Shown: piece by piece, positions 16,969 to 25,426 of the stretch
How positions within the stretch are numbered: the stretch's first letter is position 1
Layout of the letters: every line of letters begins with the position of its first letter
Assembly: GCA_041650755.1 (NCBI GenBank)
Contig: JBAZKN010000002.1
Span: 5,030 to 69,029 of the forward strand
Direction of reading: 5' to 3'
Source of the DNA: Patescibacteria group bacterium
GTDB taxonomy: Bacteria > Patescibacteriota > Patescibacteriia > UBA1558 > GWA2-36-10
DNA: 64,000 bases
Notes under the pieces: generated by a model
The model's database searches: none
What the model saw: only the letters and a program-made list of their open reading frames with translations
Told to the model about the DNA's origin: nothing
Translations under genes and position numbers: made by a program

Positions 16969-17070
16969 CCCAGCAGATGAGCATAGAGCCGGCCGCGTCG
17001 TCGTTTATCAAGCGATGGCGCGGCTTTTATTTTTATATGAGTAATACCATTTTTTTAGGGTCTATGATAG

Positions 17071-17136
17071 AATTTACCCTGTTAAATAACTCCGCTTAGC
17101 GGAGTTGCCGCGCGGCGGCATTTAACAGGGTAAATT
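17071..17136 (+). repeat. Structured 66-bp element, copy 1
   Basis: 17-bp perfect outer inverted repeat aatttaccctGTTAAAT / ATTTAACagggtaaatt enclosing hairpins aactccgc-ttag-gcggagtt and gccgc-gcg-gcggc. Ends 21 nt before the DUF2207 ATG. Confidence 0.7.
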
Positions 17137-17157
17137 TGTAAGATTAATAAAGTATTT

Positions 17158-18915
17158 ATGAAAAAACATTGGAAACTATTTTTATCCGCGTTTATCTTGA
17201 GCTTATTTTGGTTTAGGCCAGCCTTGGCTCTAGAAAAGATAAATAATTATCAAGCAATAGTCCAACTGAATGCCGATAATACTATGACGGTGACCGAGCG
17301 GATCGATTATGATTTTGGTGATGCCCAAAGACATGGTATTTACCGCAATATACCCTATTTATATAATAATTTTTTATGGAGTCGAGCTGCCGAAATTAGC
17401 CAGATATCCGTGGCCGATGAAAATGGCCAGGCTTACAATTTTGTGGTCAGTAATCACAATAAAGATAAGCAGATAAAAATAGGCAAAGCCGATGTTTATG
17501 TGACTGGTCAAAAAATATATGTTATTAAATATAAAGTTTCTGATCCATATCTTTTTCGTCAGGACAGCGACCAATTTTATTGGGATATTATAGGTGGTGG
17601 CTGGCAGGTACCCATTAGCCAAAGCACGGTGACAATTTGGTTGCCCCAAAGTATTTCAACTGGCGATTTAGAAGCAGATTGCTATGCCGGCAACTATGGC
17701 AGTAATTCGTCTTGTAATTCGATCAAGTATTTGTATGCTGATGACGGTAGTACCTTAGTGAGTGGCCTGGTTCTCAAGCAAGATGATTTATCGGCCGGCG
17801 GCATTTTGACGGTTTTGATAGGCTTGCCAAAAGGCGCGATCATGGAGCCGGGTTTTTGGCATAAAACTTGGCAGATTTTCAAATATAACGGCATAATATT
17901 TTTGCCGCTCTTAGCTTTTATTATCGCCTTTATCCTTTGGTTTAAACGCGGCCGTGATCCAAAAGGCCGGGGCAATATTATTGCCGAGTATGATGTGCCG
18001 GATAAGCTGTCGCCGGGTGAAGTAGCGGTAGTAGTTAATGAGAAAATTTCCAATCAAGACATTTCTGCCGAGGTCATATATTTAGCCATCAATGGCTACT
18101 TGAAAATTACCAGACTAGAAAAATCGGGCCTTATTAAAAAGTCAAGCGATTATCTGCTGGAAAAATTCAAAGATGAAAAAGATTTGCCCAATGAATTTCA
18201 AAAAGATCTGCTGGCCAATTTATTCCACCGAGCCAGCTCTCCCGATAAACTAAAGGGTTATCAGCTTGATCCTCGGACCACAGTGGCGGTTTTGTTGTCA
18301 GATCTGGATAAAGCTTATGAATGGCGCCCAATTGTTGATAACAAACTCCTTCAGTCAGTAGCTGATAAGGGATATTTTATCAAAAATCCAAATAAAATCA
18401 GAGGCATATATATTACCGTATTTTTGCTTTGCCTCCTGCCGATTGTCATTGTTTTGGGTCTGCTGGGAATTTTTACTCCTTTGGCACGCATAGCCCTGGC
18501 CTTGAGCATGATAATATTGATTATCTTTGGCTGGCAAATGCCAAAGAAGACCCCAAAAGGCGCATTGACCAAAGAATATATTCTGGGGCTAAAAGAGTAT
18601 TTGCGAGTAGCGGAAAAAGACAGAATAAAATTTCATAATGCTCCGGAAAAAAATCCACAGCACTTCGAGGCTTTATTGCCCTATGCCATGGTGCTGGGCG
18701 TAGAGAAAGAATGGGCCAAACAGTTTGAGGGCATATACAGAGAAAATCCGAGTTGGTGCGCTGGTTTTTATGTGGGTACTTTCAGCAGTGCAGATTTTTC
18801 TCATAGTCTAGAAAATTTTGGCGCCCAAGCCAAAGCTACTTTTGCCACTCCTAGCTCTAGTGGTGGTGGTTTTGCCGGCGGTGGCGGCGGTGGCGGCGGT
18901 GGCGGCAGCTGGTAA
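17158..18915 (+). CDS. DUF2207 family membrane protein
   Basis: Signal peptide, mid-protein TM segments, and the diagnostic C-terminal Gly tail SSSGGGFAGGGGGGGGGGSW. Confidence 0.8.
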   Translation: MKKHWKLFLSAFILSLFWFRPALALEKINNYQAIVQLNADNTMTVTERIDYDFGDAQRHGIYRNIPYLYNNFLWSRAAEISQISVADENGQAYNFVVSNHNKDKQIKIGKADVYVTGQKIYVIKYKVSDPYLFRQDSDQFYWDIIGGGWQVPISQSTVTIWLPQSISTGDLEADCYAGNYGSNSSCNSIKYLYADDGSTLVSGLVLKQDDLSAGGILTVLIGLPKGAIMEPGFWHKTWQIFKYNGIIFLPLLAFIIAFILWFKRGRDPKGRGNIIAEYDVPDKLSPGEVAVVVNEKISNQDISAEVIYLAINGYLKITRLEKSGLIKKSSDYLLEKFKDEKDLPNEFQKDLLANLFHRASSPDKLKGYQLDPRTTVAVLLSDLDKAYEWRPIVDNKLLQSVADKGYFIKNPNKIRGIYITVFLLCLLPIVIVLGLLGIFTPLARIALALSMIILIIFGWQMPKKTPKGALTKEYILGLKEYLRVAEKDRIKFHNAPEKNPQHFEALLPYAMVLGVEKEWAKQFEGIYRENPSWCAGFYVGTFSSADFSHSLENFGAQAKATFATPSSSGGGFAGGGGGGGGGGSW

Positions 18916-18925
18916 TTTTATATGA

Positions 18926-18950
18926 GAAAAAAGAGTCCGTTGCCGGACTC
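18926..18950 (-). terminator. Intrinsic terminator for the minus-strand small ORF
   Basis: gagtccg ttgc cggactc with a T-run on the minus strand. Confidence 0.6.
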
Positions 18951-18975
18951 TCAAGGCAGAGGCCCCTAGTCGTTA

Positions 18976-19131
18976 TTAGTGACTCACGCTCATGGCATCG
19001 TTGATGCCATAGCCCAGCAGACATATTCCCGATATGATGATTATCACTAGCACTAGGACGATTCCGATCTTGCTAGAGCGGGACTCACTCCGCCAAAACG
19101 CGTTGAGTAGGATTTCTGATTTTTTAGGCAT
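18976..19131 (-). CDS. 51-aa hydrophobic peptide (type I toxin-like) with strong SD; moderately GC-rich micro-cassette F
   Basis: ggaAAGGAGGgcc ATG, then MPKKSEILLNAFWRSESRSSKIGIVLVLVIIIISGICLLGYGINDAMSVSH. Not in the ORF track (below 60 aa). Followed by the terminator above. Confidence 0.4.
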   Translation of the reverse strand: MPKKSEILLNAFWRSESRSSKIGIVLVLVIIIISGICLLGYGINDAMSVSH

Positions 19132-19250
19132 GGCCCTCCTTTCCTTTTATCAGGCTATGTATGAGGGAAGGAACGTTGGTAAATATTTTTTTAACATATA
19201 TATTGCATCTTGTCAACTATATAATTAAGTAATAGAATTTTAGGAAAACA

Positions 19251-19366
19251 AAAACCGCCGATATTTTGTTGTTATGGCGAGAGCTTTGGCCCGAAGCAAC
19301 CTATAAGCTGGTAGATTGCCACGCCCTTTGCACTTGCAATAACAATGTAGAACGCTCGGCGGTTTT
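19251..19366. repeat. Long imperfect hairpin closed by a 10-bp perfect stem (aaaaccgccg ... cggcggtttt), downstream of the peroxiredoxin gene
   Basis: A- and T-runs flank a roughly 95-nt interior containing sub-hairpins (ttgcacttgcaa). Candidate structured RNA or an unusually large terminator. Confidence 0.4.
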
Positions 19367-19373
19367 ATAAGTA

Positions 19374-20018
19374 TTATATTTTACCCACCAAGTCCATTCC
19401 TGGCCTTAAAGTTTTTTCGCCCGGCTCCCAGTTGGCTGGGCAAGCCTGGTCGCCATACTTGGAGACAAATTGCGCAGCTTGTAGTTTGCGCATGAGCTCT
19501 TTGCTGCTGCGGCCGATCCCATTGGCATGAATTTCCATAGTTTTTAAGTTGCCATCGGGGTCAATAATGAAAGTGCCACGTAGGGCCAAGCCCTCATCTT
19601 TTATATAGACGCCGTAGGCGCGGCTGATATTACCAGTCGGATCAGCCAACATTGGGAAATTTATTTTTTTAATCGCGTCCGATGTATCATGCCAGGCCTT
19701 GTGTACATAGACAGTGTCGGTAGAGACTGACAGTATCTCGGCATTCAGTTTTTTTAATTCCTCATAGTGATGAGCCAGATCTTCGAGCTCGGTTGGGCAG
19801 ACGAAAGTGAAGTCAGCCGGATAAAAGAATAGTATGACCCAGCGGCCTTTATAATCAGACAATTTTATCTTTTTTTCCTCATCGTGATGATAGGCAGTGG
19901 CGGTAAAATTTGGTGCAGGAGCATTTATTTGGGGAGTGCTGATCTTGCAACACGAGCAGTCGCAGATATTGTGGCAGCAATAGTCAGTATTGCATTGGCA
20001 AATATTTTTTTCTTGCAT
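19374..20018 (-). CDS. 2-Cys peroxiredoxin (AhpC/Prx1 family) with a Cys-rich N-terminal extension
   Basis: FTFVCPTE peroxidatic Cys and ACPANW resolving Cys. The first 25 aa, MQEKNICQCNTDYCCHNICDCSCCK, carry 9 Cys. Confidence 0.8.
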   Translation of the reverse strand: MQEKNICQCNTDYCCHNICDCSCCKISTPQINAPAPNFTATAYHHDEEKKIKLSDYKGRWVILFFYPADFTFVCPTELEDLAHHYEELKKLNAEILSVSTDTVYVHKAWHDTSDAIKKINFPMLADPTGNISRAYGVYIKDEGLALRGTFIIDPDGNLKTMEIHANGIGRSSKELMRKLQAAQFVSKYGDQACPANWEPGEKTLRPGMDLVGKI

Positions 20019-20028
20019 ATATCTTAAG

Positions 20029-20928
20029 TTAATTATTATCCAAATTAGATTTTAATTTTTTTAATATATCTTTACCCTTGGTCTGGCCATATTGATACGA
20101 TCTCAGGGCCCTTTCTTTGTCTACGCGTAATTTGTAGTTTTTAGTATCGTCAAAGAGCAAGTGGACATGAGGATATTTACGTAGATTGTGTGCATAGGGA
20201 TAGTTCATGATATTGCGCAAATGTTTGCGGCCATACTTGATGCCAAAATATCTGGTTTTCATGGCAATATCCAGTAGATCATACCACAAAGATCTAGCTA
20301 CAGAAAATTTTGTCTTTTTTTCATTGAGGATGTAGACGATTTGTTTGTCAAGATTTTTTTCCACAACATTTTTGATGAAATCATCAGTCGGCATAATGCC
20401 GCCGTCCACATACATATCTTTTTGGTGCAAGGAGCTGGCATAAAGCGGCATGTTTGATGATTGGATGATGCGCTCAATGGTATTTTCTCTGGCATCCAGG
20501 TATTTTATCTGCAAAGATTTTGGGTCTAGAACTTTGACATAAAAATTTATCGGTGAGGATTTTATTTTTTCTATATTAAGGGGGAAGATTTTGGTTTCAA
20601 TATCTTCTAGATAGGTCAAATCCATAACGTCAAAATTGCGCTTAAAAAGTATCATCATGAAGAATTGCTTGGCCATCCTAAAAAAAGACAGGTTGCGCAA
20701 AAAAATATCTTTGCGGCCCAAATAATCCAAATATACTATCAAGCCCTTATCGGTTTCTTCTGATAAAAAATAGGCGGCGTTGTGTGAGCCGCAAGATACA
20801 GCATAGATGGAGTGAATGCGGGGGTAGAGATTAGCTGCCTGAAAAGCCGAAAATACTCCAGCGCTAAATACACCGCGGATTGATCCGCCCTCAACGATGA
20901 TAATAATGTCCCGTTGGTCTTGCCCCAT
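20029..20928 (-). CDS. Patatin-like phospholipase with a non-canonical nucleophile motif
   Basis: GGSIRG oxyanion motif and a DGG catalytic Asp are present, but VSCGS replaces the usual G-x-S-x-G. Confidence 0.6.
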   Translation of the reverse strand: MGQDQRDIIIIVEGGSIRGVFSAGVFSAFQAANLYPRIHSIYAVSCGSHNAAYFLSEETDKGLIVYLDYLGRKDIFLRNLSFFRMAKQFFMMILFKRNFDVMDLTYLEDIETKIFPLNIEKIKSSPINFYVKVLDPKSLQIKYLDARENTIERIIQSSNMPLYASSLHQKDMYVDGGIMPTDDFIKNVVEKNLDKQIVYILNEKKTKFSVARSLWYDLLDIAMKTRYFGIKYGRKHLRNIMNYPYAHNLRKYPHVHLLFDDTKNYKLRVDKERALRSYQYGQTKGKDILKKLKSNLDNN

Positions 20929-20931
20929 GGA

Positions 20932-21552
20932 TTATTTTTTGGCCGCCATAAATTTTTTAGCTACCACTGACCAGTTTATCACTGACCAGAAGTTTTGGAT
21001 ATATTCTGCTCGGCGATTCTGGTATTTTAGATAATAGGCATGTTCCCATACGTCGATGCCCAATAAGGGTGTGTGCCCGAGAGAATAAGGGCTGTCTTGG
21101 TTGGCGGTTTTTTCAATAATCAATTTATTATCATTGAGTGACAGCCAAGCCCAGCCTGAGCCAAAGACAGTGCTGGCGGCGTTGTTGAATTCTTCTTTGA
21201 ATTTATCCAAACTGCCGAAATGCTTGTTAATGGTTGCCAGTAATTCATCTTTAGGGTGTGTGTTTTCGTCAGCTGGGCCCATGATCTGCCAGAGTATATT
21301 GTGGTGCAAGTGCCCGCCGCCATGATTTTTAACCGTTAGTCTGATATCTTCGGGTATTAGGTTGAGATTACTTAGAATATCTTCAATAGTTTTGTCAAAA
21401 AAATCAGGGTATTTCTCCAAAGCCTTGTTTAGGTTGGTAGTATATGTAGCGTGATGCTTGTCGTGGTGAACTCGCATTGTCGCTTCATCAATATATGGCT
21501 CGAGCGCATTATAACCATAAGGCAGCTCGGGCGTAATAAATTGTTTGCTCAT
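20932..21552 (-). CDS. sodA: Fe/Mn superoxide dismutase
   Basis: HHDKHH and DVWEHAYYL motifs. 206 aa. Confidence 0.9.
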   Translation of the reverse strand: MSKQFITPELPYGYNALEPYIDEATMRVHHDKHHATYTTNLNKALEKYPDFFDKTIEDILSNLNLIPEDIRLTVKNHGGGHLHHNILWQIMGPADENTHPKDELLATINKHFGSLDKFKEEFNNAASTVFGSGWAWLSLNDNKLIIEKTANQDSPYSLGHTPLLGIDVWEHAYYLKYQNRRAEYIQNFWSVINWSVVAKKFMAAKK

Positions 21553-21570
21553 ATGTTTTTATTTAATTGA

Positions 21571-22248
21571 TTAGCCAAAATATTTTTCTTTATAAAATCT
21601 GATTAGTTGTTCCACTTCTGGTATGACTATGGGGTTACCTATACCAACTTTGGTTTTTTTCTGCACAGCTTCTAGGGTTGTGGCGCCCTCCAAAACAGCT
21701 TCTTCTATATCGTGGTCGCTGACTCCTGACACTTTATCAATCAGGCGGGCGCTTTCTTCAACAATGCGTTGTTTCTGGTCAGAACGCAAAAAATAATTAT
21801 TGATGGCGCTGCGCAGGGCTTTGTCGCCCAAGACCGAGCAATGGATTTTGCGAATCGGCAAGCCGCCTAAGCGATTAGTGATGTCCTGGGCCTGGATTTT
21901 TAGAGCTTGATCAATTTTCATGCCACCCTTTTCCGTGGCCATGACCGATAGCATTGAGGTGGCGCCGATAGCTGAAGCACAACCAAAGGTTTGCCACTTT
22001 AGCTTTCTTATGCGGTCAGTTTTTTTATTAACCCAGATCCACATTTTCATCATGTCGCCACAAGCCGGTGAGCCAATCATGCCCACGCCATCATAATTTT
22101 TTATTTTATTGGCATCCATGATGAGATTTTTGGGATGGAAAAAATGTTCCTTGACGATGTCGGTATATAGCCAGGTATCTTCCTGGCCGGTCGGCAAGAC
22201 ATCGATACTTGATAAGATCGATTTTTTATTTTTTTTATATGTAGGCAT
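21571..22248 (-). CDS. NifU/IscU-like Fe-S scaffold protein with C-terminal extension
   Basis: GSPACGD and GCASAI scaffold cysteines. 225 aa. Confidence 0.75.
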   Translation of the reverse strand: MPTYKKNKKSILSSIDVLPTGQEDTWLYTDIVKEHFFHPKNLIMDANKIKNYDGVGMIGSPACGDMMKMWIWVNKKTDRIRKLKWQTFGCASAIGATSMLSVMATEKGGMKIDQALKIQAQDITNRLGGLPIRKIHCSVLGDKALRSAINNYFLRSDQKQRIVEESARLIDKVSGVSDHDIEEAVLEGATTLEAVQKKTKVGIGNPIVIPEVEQLIRFYKEKYFG

Positions 22249-22253
22249 TTTAT

Positions 22254-23516
22254 TTAACAGGGCAAATTAATTATTTTTTTAGGTGCCAAGCGTATGCTTT
22301 TTTCCAAGCTCGCCATATCTACTCTGACTGGCGACCCTTTGCGTAAATAGTCAACTATATCAGGCAGCTTAGTCATCAGATATTCTAGATCTTTTTTGGT
22401 GGTGTATTTACCCAAAGTAAAGCGTAGTGAGCCGTGGGCGGCTTCATAAGGCCTGCCCAAAGCGCGGATGACGTGGGATGGCTCTAGGGTAGTAGAGGTA
22501 CAGGCCGAGCCAGTAGATGCCTGAACGCCAACTTCATCTAAGTACAATAACAAGGCTTCACCTTCTATGTCCAGTATAGAAATATTTATATTGTTGGGCA
22601 GCCTTTTTTCTGCGTGGCCGTTGAGTATAGTTTTGGGGATTTTTTTGAGGATAGATTTTATCAGCCAATCTCGTAAAATAATTAAGCGTCGATTTTCTTT
22701 TTCTCTATTTTTTTGAGCTAATTTTAAAGCTGCGGCCAGGCCGATGATGCCAGGTACATTTTCTGTTCCTGAACGCAGATTTTTTTCTTGACCGCCACCA
22801 TCTATCAGCGGCGCTAAAGGTGTGCCGCGTCGCGCATAGAGCAAACCAACTCCTTTGGGACCATAGATTTTACTGCCGTTAATGGTCAGCAAATCAACGT
22901 GCATTTTTTGGACATCAAGCGGCAGGGCTCCGGCTGCTTGGCAAGCATCAGTGTGAAAATAAATCTTATTGAGCCCGCTTTTTTGTCTAGCCATATTGAC
23001 CCTAGTAAGATTAGCGCCAATTTTTTGGATGGGTTGGAGCGTGCCAATCTCATTGTTGGCAGTCATGATGCTCACCAGCATTGTATTTGGCCTAATAGCT
23101 CGATTGAGCAGCGGCTCCATGATAATGCCGTCATCGTCAACTGGTACAATGGATACGGTGAAGCCCTGTTTGGCCAGATGTTCGGCTGTATGCAGGACAG
23201 CATGATGCTCGATGGCTGAAATTATCAGGTGCGGTTTATTTTTTTCTGTCAAAAAATTATAAGTCAAGCCCTTGATAGCCAGAGCAATGCTTTCAGTACC
23301 GCCGCTGGTAAAGATTATTTCTTCAGCTTGGCAATTTAGAATTTGAGCAAGATCAGTCCGAGCATTTTCAACAGCTTGTTTAGCCATTAAACCAAGAGAG
23401 TAGAGGCTGGATGGATTGCCAAATTTATCCGACCAATATGGCGCCATAGCCCGAAGCACGACCGGGTCGACGGGAGTGGTGGCCGCGTAGTCCAAATAAA
23501 TATTTTTTCTAGGCAT
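22254..23516 (-). CDS. Cysteine desulfurase (NifS/IscS class V aminotransferase)
   Basis: HTDACQAAG, PLP-lysine region INGSKIYGPKG. 420 aa. Confidence 0.85.
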   Translation of the reverse strand: MPRKNIYLDYAATTPVDPVVLRAMAPYWSDKFGNPSSLYSLGLMAKQAVENARTDLAQILNCQAEEIIFTSGGTESIALAIKGLTYNFLTEKNKPHLIISAIEHHAVLHTAEHLAKQGFTVSIVPVDDDGIIMEPLLNRAIRPNTMLVSIMTANNEIGTLQPIQKIGANLTRVNMARQKSGLNKIYFHTDACQAAGALPLDVQKMHVDLLTINGSKIYGPKGVGLLYARRGTPLAPLIDGGGQEKNLRSGTENVPGIIGLAAALKLAQKNREKENRRLIILRDWLIKSILKKIPKTILNGHAEKRLPNNINISILDIEGEALLLYLDEVGVQASTGSACTSTTLEPSHVIRALGRPYEAAHGSLRFTLGKYTTKKDLEYLMTKLPDIVDYLRKGSPVRVDMASLEKSIRLAPKKIINLPC

Positions 23517-23746
23517 TATTTTTGGGGAGGATGAAGTTGCTGTCCATTATCGTCAAAAATGCGGATAGCATTGACCGGGCAGCTTTGAGCAGCCTGTAAA
23601 ATAGTTTTGGCATCGTCGCCAGTCGGATTTTTGATGATGGCAATACCCTTGTCATCCAATACAAAAGTATTTGGGGCGACCGCCACGCAAGAAGCTACAC
23701 TAATGCAGGCTTCTCGATCGATTTCTATTTTCATATATAAGTGCAA
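23516..23746 (-). CDS. Small ferredoxin-like protein (4 Cys)
   Basis: CISVASC ... SCP spacing, 72-76 aa. Lies directly upstream of nifS in the same orientation. Confidence 0.55.
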   Translation of the reverse strand: MHLYMKIEIDREACISVASCVAVAPNTFVLDDKGIAIIKNPTGDDAKTILQAAQSCPVNAIRIFDDNGQQLHPPQK

Positions 23747-23824
23747 GTTAATATTTAGCTTTTATAGTATTAATAATAATGAAAATAGATAAAACAGTCA
23801 ATTTTTGAGTAAAATATATGAATA

Positions 23825-23853
23825 TTGACAATTTTTTCTATATATGATATAAT
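23825..23853 (+). promoter_or_regulatory. Perfect-consensus sigma70 promoter TTGACA-N17-TATAAT preceding cassette G
   Basis: ttgaca attttttctatatatga tataat. A 70-nt leader with the hairpin tggcc-tttt-ggcca follows, then the SD AAGGGAG. Confidence 0.55.
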
Positions 23854-23924
23854 ATAATGTTAAGTCGTACATAGACAACTATTCTGTAGCTTTTCTTGGC
23901 CTTTTGGCCAGAAGGGAGACCATA

Positions 23925-24959
23925 ATGAGCGGGACAGTTCGTCTAGTCAAGAAAATCGTGACTCATGTCAAGCCCCATCTGGATGAGCTGGTGGCCATTT
24001 GGCTGCTCGTCCGGTGGGGGGAGAAACACTTCCCCGGCATCAACACTGTGCCAGTAGAGGTCTGGCGCAAGGGGTTGGAGTCCGCCGACGGCCGCTCCTT
24101 TGAGGAGCATGAGGACGAAGGCACGATGTTCATCGGGATTGGCGGCGGCCAGTTCGATGAGCACCCGACCAACGGCACTGACGATCTGTCTGGTGAGTGC
24201 GCGGCCACTCTGGTCGCCAAGCGTCTGGGCATCCAAGACGACCCGGCTCTCGAAAGGATTCTGGACTTCGTTCGTCGGATTGACACCAAAGGTGGCGCCA
24301 ATCCTTGGGACATCTCGGCTGTCGTTAAGGCGGCCAACGAAGTCGGCAAAGGTCTGCCGGAGCTGCTCACCTGGGTGTTCTTGGCGCTTGATGCCAAGTA
24401 TGAACAGCAGGTCAAGTTCCTCGAGGCAGAGGCCGATGCCAACATCGCCCAATGGGATACGGTCGGCTCTGTGCGGGTAGCTACCGCAGAATCTGACAAC
24501 CAGCAGGTCTACAAGGTGCTTTTCACTAGGGGTGCGGCGGTGGCGATTGTTCGCCGGCGTCAGGATGGCCGAGTGGCCATCTTCACGCAGAAGCGTGACA
24601 ACATCAGGCTCACTGACGCTGTCAGGATCATCCGCCGCTTGGAGCAGAAGGCTCGCGGCGATGTCAGGACTACCAACTGGAAGGAGCTGGCAGCGCCTGG
24701 TTCCATCGACGCTGTGGCGCGCTGGTACTATCTTAAGGAGGGTGAAATGCTGCTGAACGGCAGCGATACCCACCCCGATACGCCGGCTACCGGTCTGTCC
24801 CTTTCCACCATCCGTCAGGCGGTCATCTTGGCCCTTTCTGGCGAGATGATCTGCTCGCAGGCCAATGTCTGCGACGGGAAGTCCTGCAAGTGGTATCAGC
24901 TCGGCCTGAGCCGGTGCCAGACAATTCGCTACAGAATGTCGAGTGGCCAATCGCAGTAG
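23925..24959 (+). CDS. MYG1/UPF0160-like metal-dependent hydrolase, high-GC cassette G
   Basis: N-terminal KKIVTHVKPHLDELVAIWLL fits the MYG1 T-H-x-x-x-H-x-D-E signature. GC about 60%. SD present. Terminator downstream. Confidence 0.45.
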   Translation: MSGTVRLVKKIVTHVKPHLDELVAIWLLVRWGEKHFPGINTVPVEVWRKGLESADGRSFEEHEDEGTMFIGIGGGQFDEHPTNGTDDLSGECAATLVAKRLGIQDDPALERILDFVRRIDTKGGANPWDISAVVKAANEVGKGLPELLTWVFLALDAKYEQQVKFLEAEADANIAQWDTVGSVRVATAESDNQQVYKVLFTRGAAVAIVRRRQDGRVAIFTQKRDNIRLTDAVRIIRRLEQKARGDVRTTNWKELAAPGSIDAVARWYYLKEGEMLLNGSDTHPDTPATGLSLSTIRQAVILALSGEMICSQANVCDGKSCKWYQLGLSRCQTIRYRMSSGQSQ

Positions 24960-24983
24960 GTCGCACTACTGATTGGGCACACG

Positions 24984-25030
24984 AAGAGCTCGGAGCGGCG
25001 TCAGCCGACACCCCGAGCTCTTTTCTTTTT
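24984..25030 (+). terminator. Intrinsic terminator ending cassette G
   Basis: aagagctcgg ... ccgagctctt ttctttttat (10-bp stem). Confidence 0.75.
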
Positions 25031-25087
25031 ATAAATTTTTTACAAAAGCGTATTCGAAACCAGCAAAGCAACCTGAGCTAAGATAAA

Positions 25088-25140
25088 TTTTGAGGTTGCG
25101 AAGCAAGTTGAGCGCAGGCGAGCTGAGTTCGCCGAAGTCG
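25088..25140 (+). promoter_or_regulatory. Three to four degenerate ~17-18-bp direct repeats (gcRaagcaaSYtgagc-like) immediately upstream of a promoter
   Basis: gcaaagcaacctgagc / gcgaagcaagttgagc / gcaggcgagctgagttc / gccgaagtcgaaacttgac. Candidate binding array for a transcription factor. Confidence 0.35.
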
Positions 25141-25144
25141 AAAC

Positions 25145-25173
25145 TTGACAAAACCATTTTTTTGTGCTATCAT
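25145..25173 (+). promoter_or_regulatory. sigma70-like promoter TTGACA-N17-TATCAT
   Basis: ttgaca aaaccatttttttgtgc tatcat. Confidence 0.5.
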
Positions 25174-25188
25174 TACTATGTAGTTTGA

Positions 25189-25230
25189 AATTGGCTTTGA
25201 GCCCCAGTAGAAGGGGCGGCCAATTTTTTT
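25189..25230 (+). terminator. Attenuator-like intrinsic terminator between the promoter and the first small ORF (or 3' end of a ~45-nt sRNA)
   Basis: aattggc tttga gcccc agtagaa ggggc g gccaatt ttttttt. Confidence 0.5.
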
Positions 25231-25243
25231 ATTATAAAAATAT

Positions 25244-25402
25244 ATGATTACTAATGCTCTTCAAACCCCAAAATTACAGTCATTTAAAATGGTAATAAAG
25301 CCCGGCGATAGCAAATTACGTTCGGGCGATTATTGGGCAATTTTGGTTTTGTGCTTGGTTGGCTCTATTACCTTAATTGTGATGATGACTCAGGCCATTT
25401 AA
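25244..25402 (+). CDS. Small single-TM peptide 1 (52 aa)
   Basis: MITNALQTPKLQSFKMVIKPGDSKLRSGDYWAILVLCLVGSITLIVMMTQAI. Paralogous C-terminal half with peptide 2 (xWAIxxLxxL...VLM). Confidence 0.3.
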   Translation: MITNALQTPKLQSFKMVIKPGDSKLRSGDYWAILVLCLVGSITLIVMMTQAI

Positions 25403-25426
25403 AATTAATAATTAAATATAAAATTT

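Noticed and set aside
23943-24950. 335-aa and 178-aa minus-strand ORFs and a 126-aa plus alternate-frame ORF inside cassette G
   Set aside because: They overlap the MYG1-like gene, which has an SD, a terminator and family motifs. Alternate frames lack any start signal.
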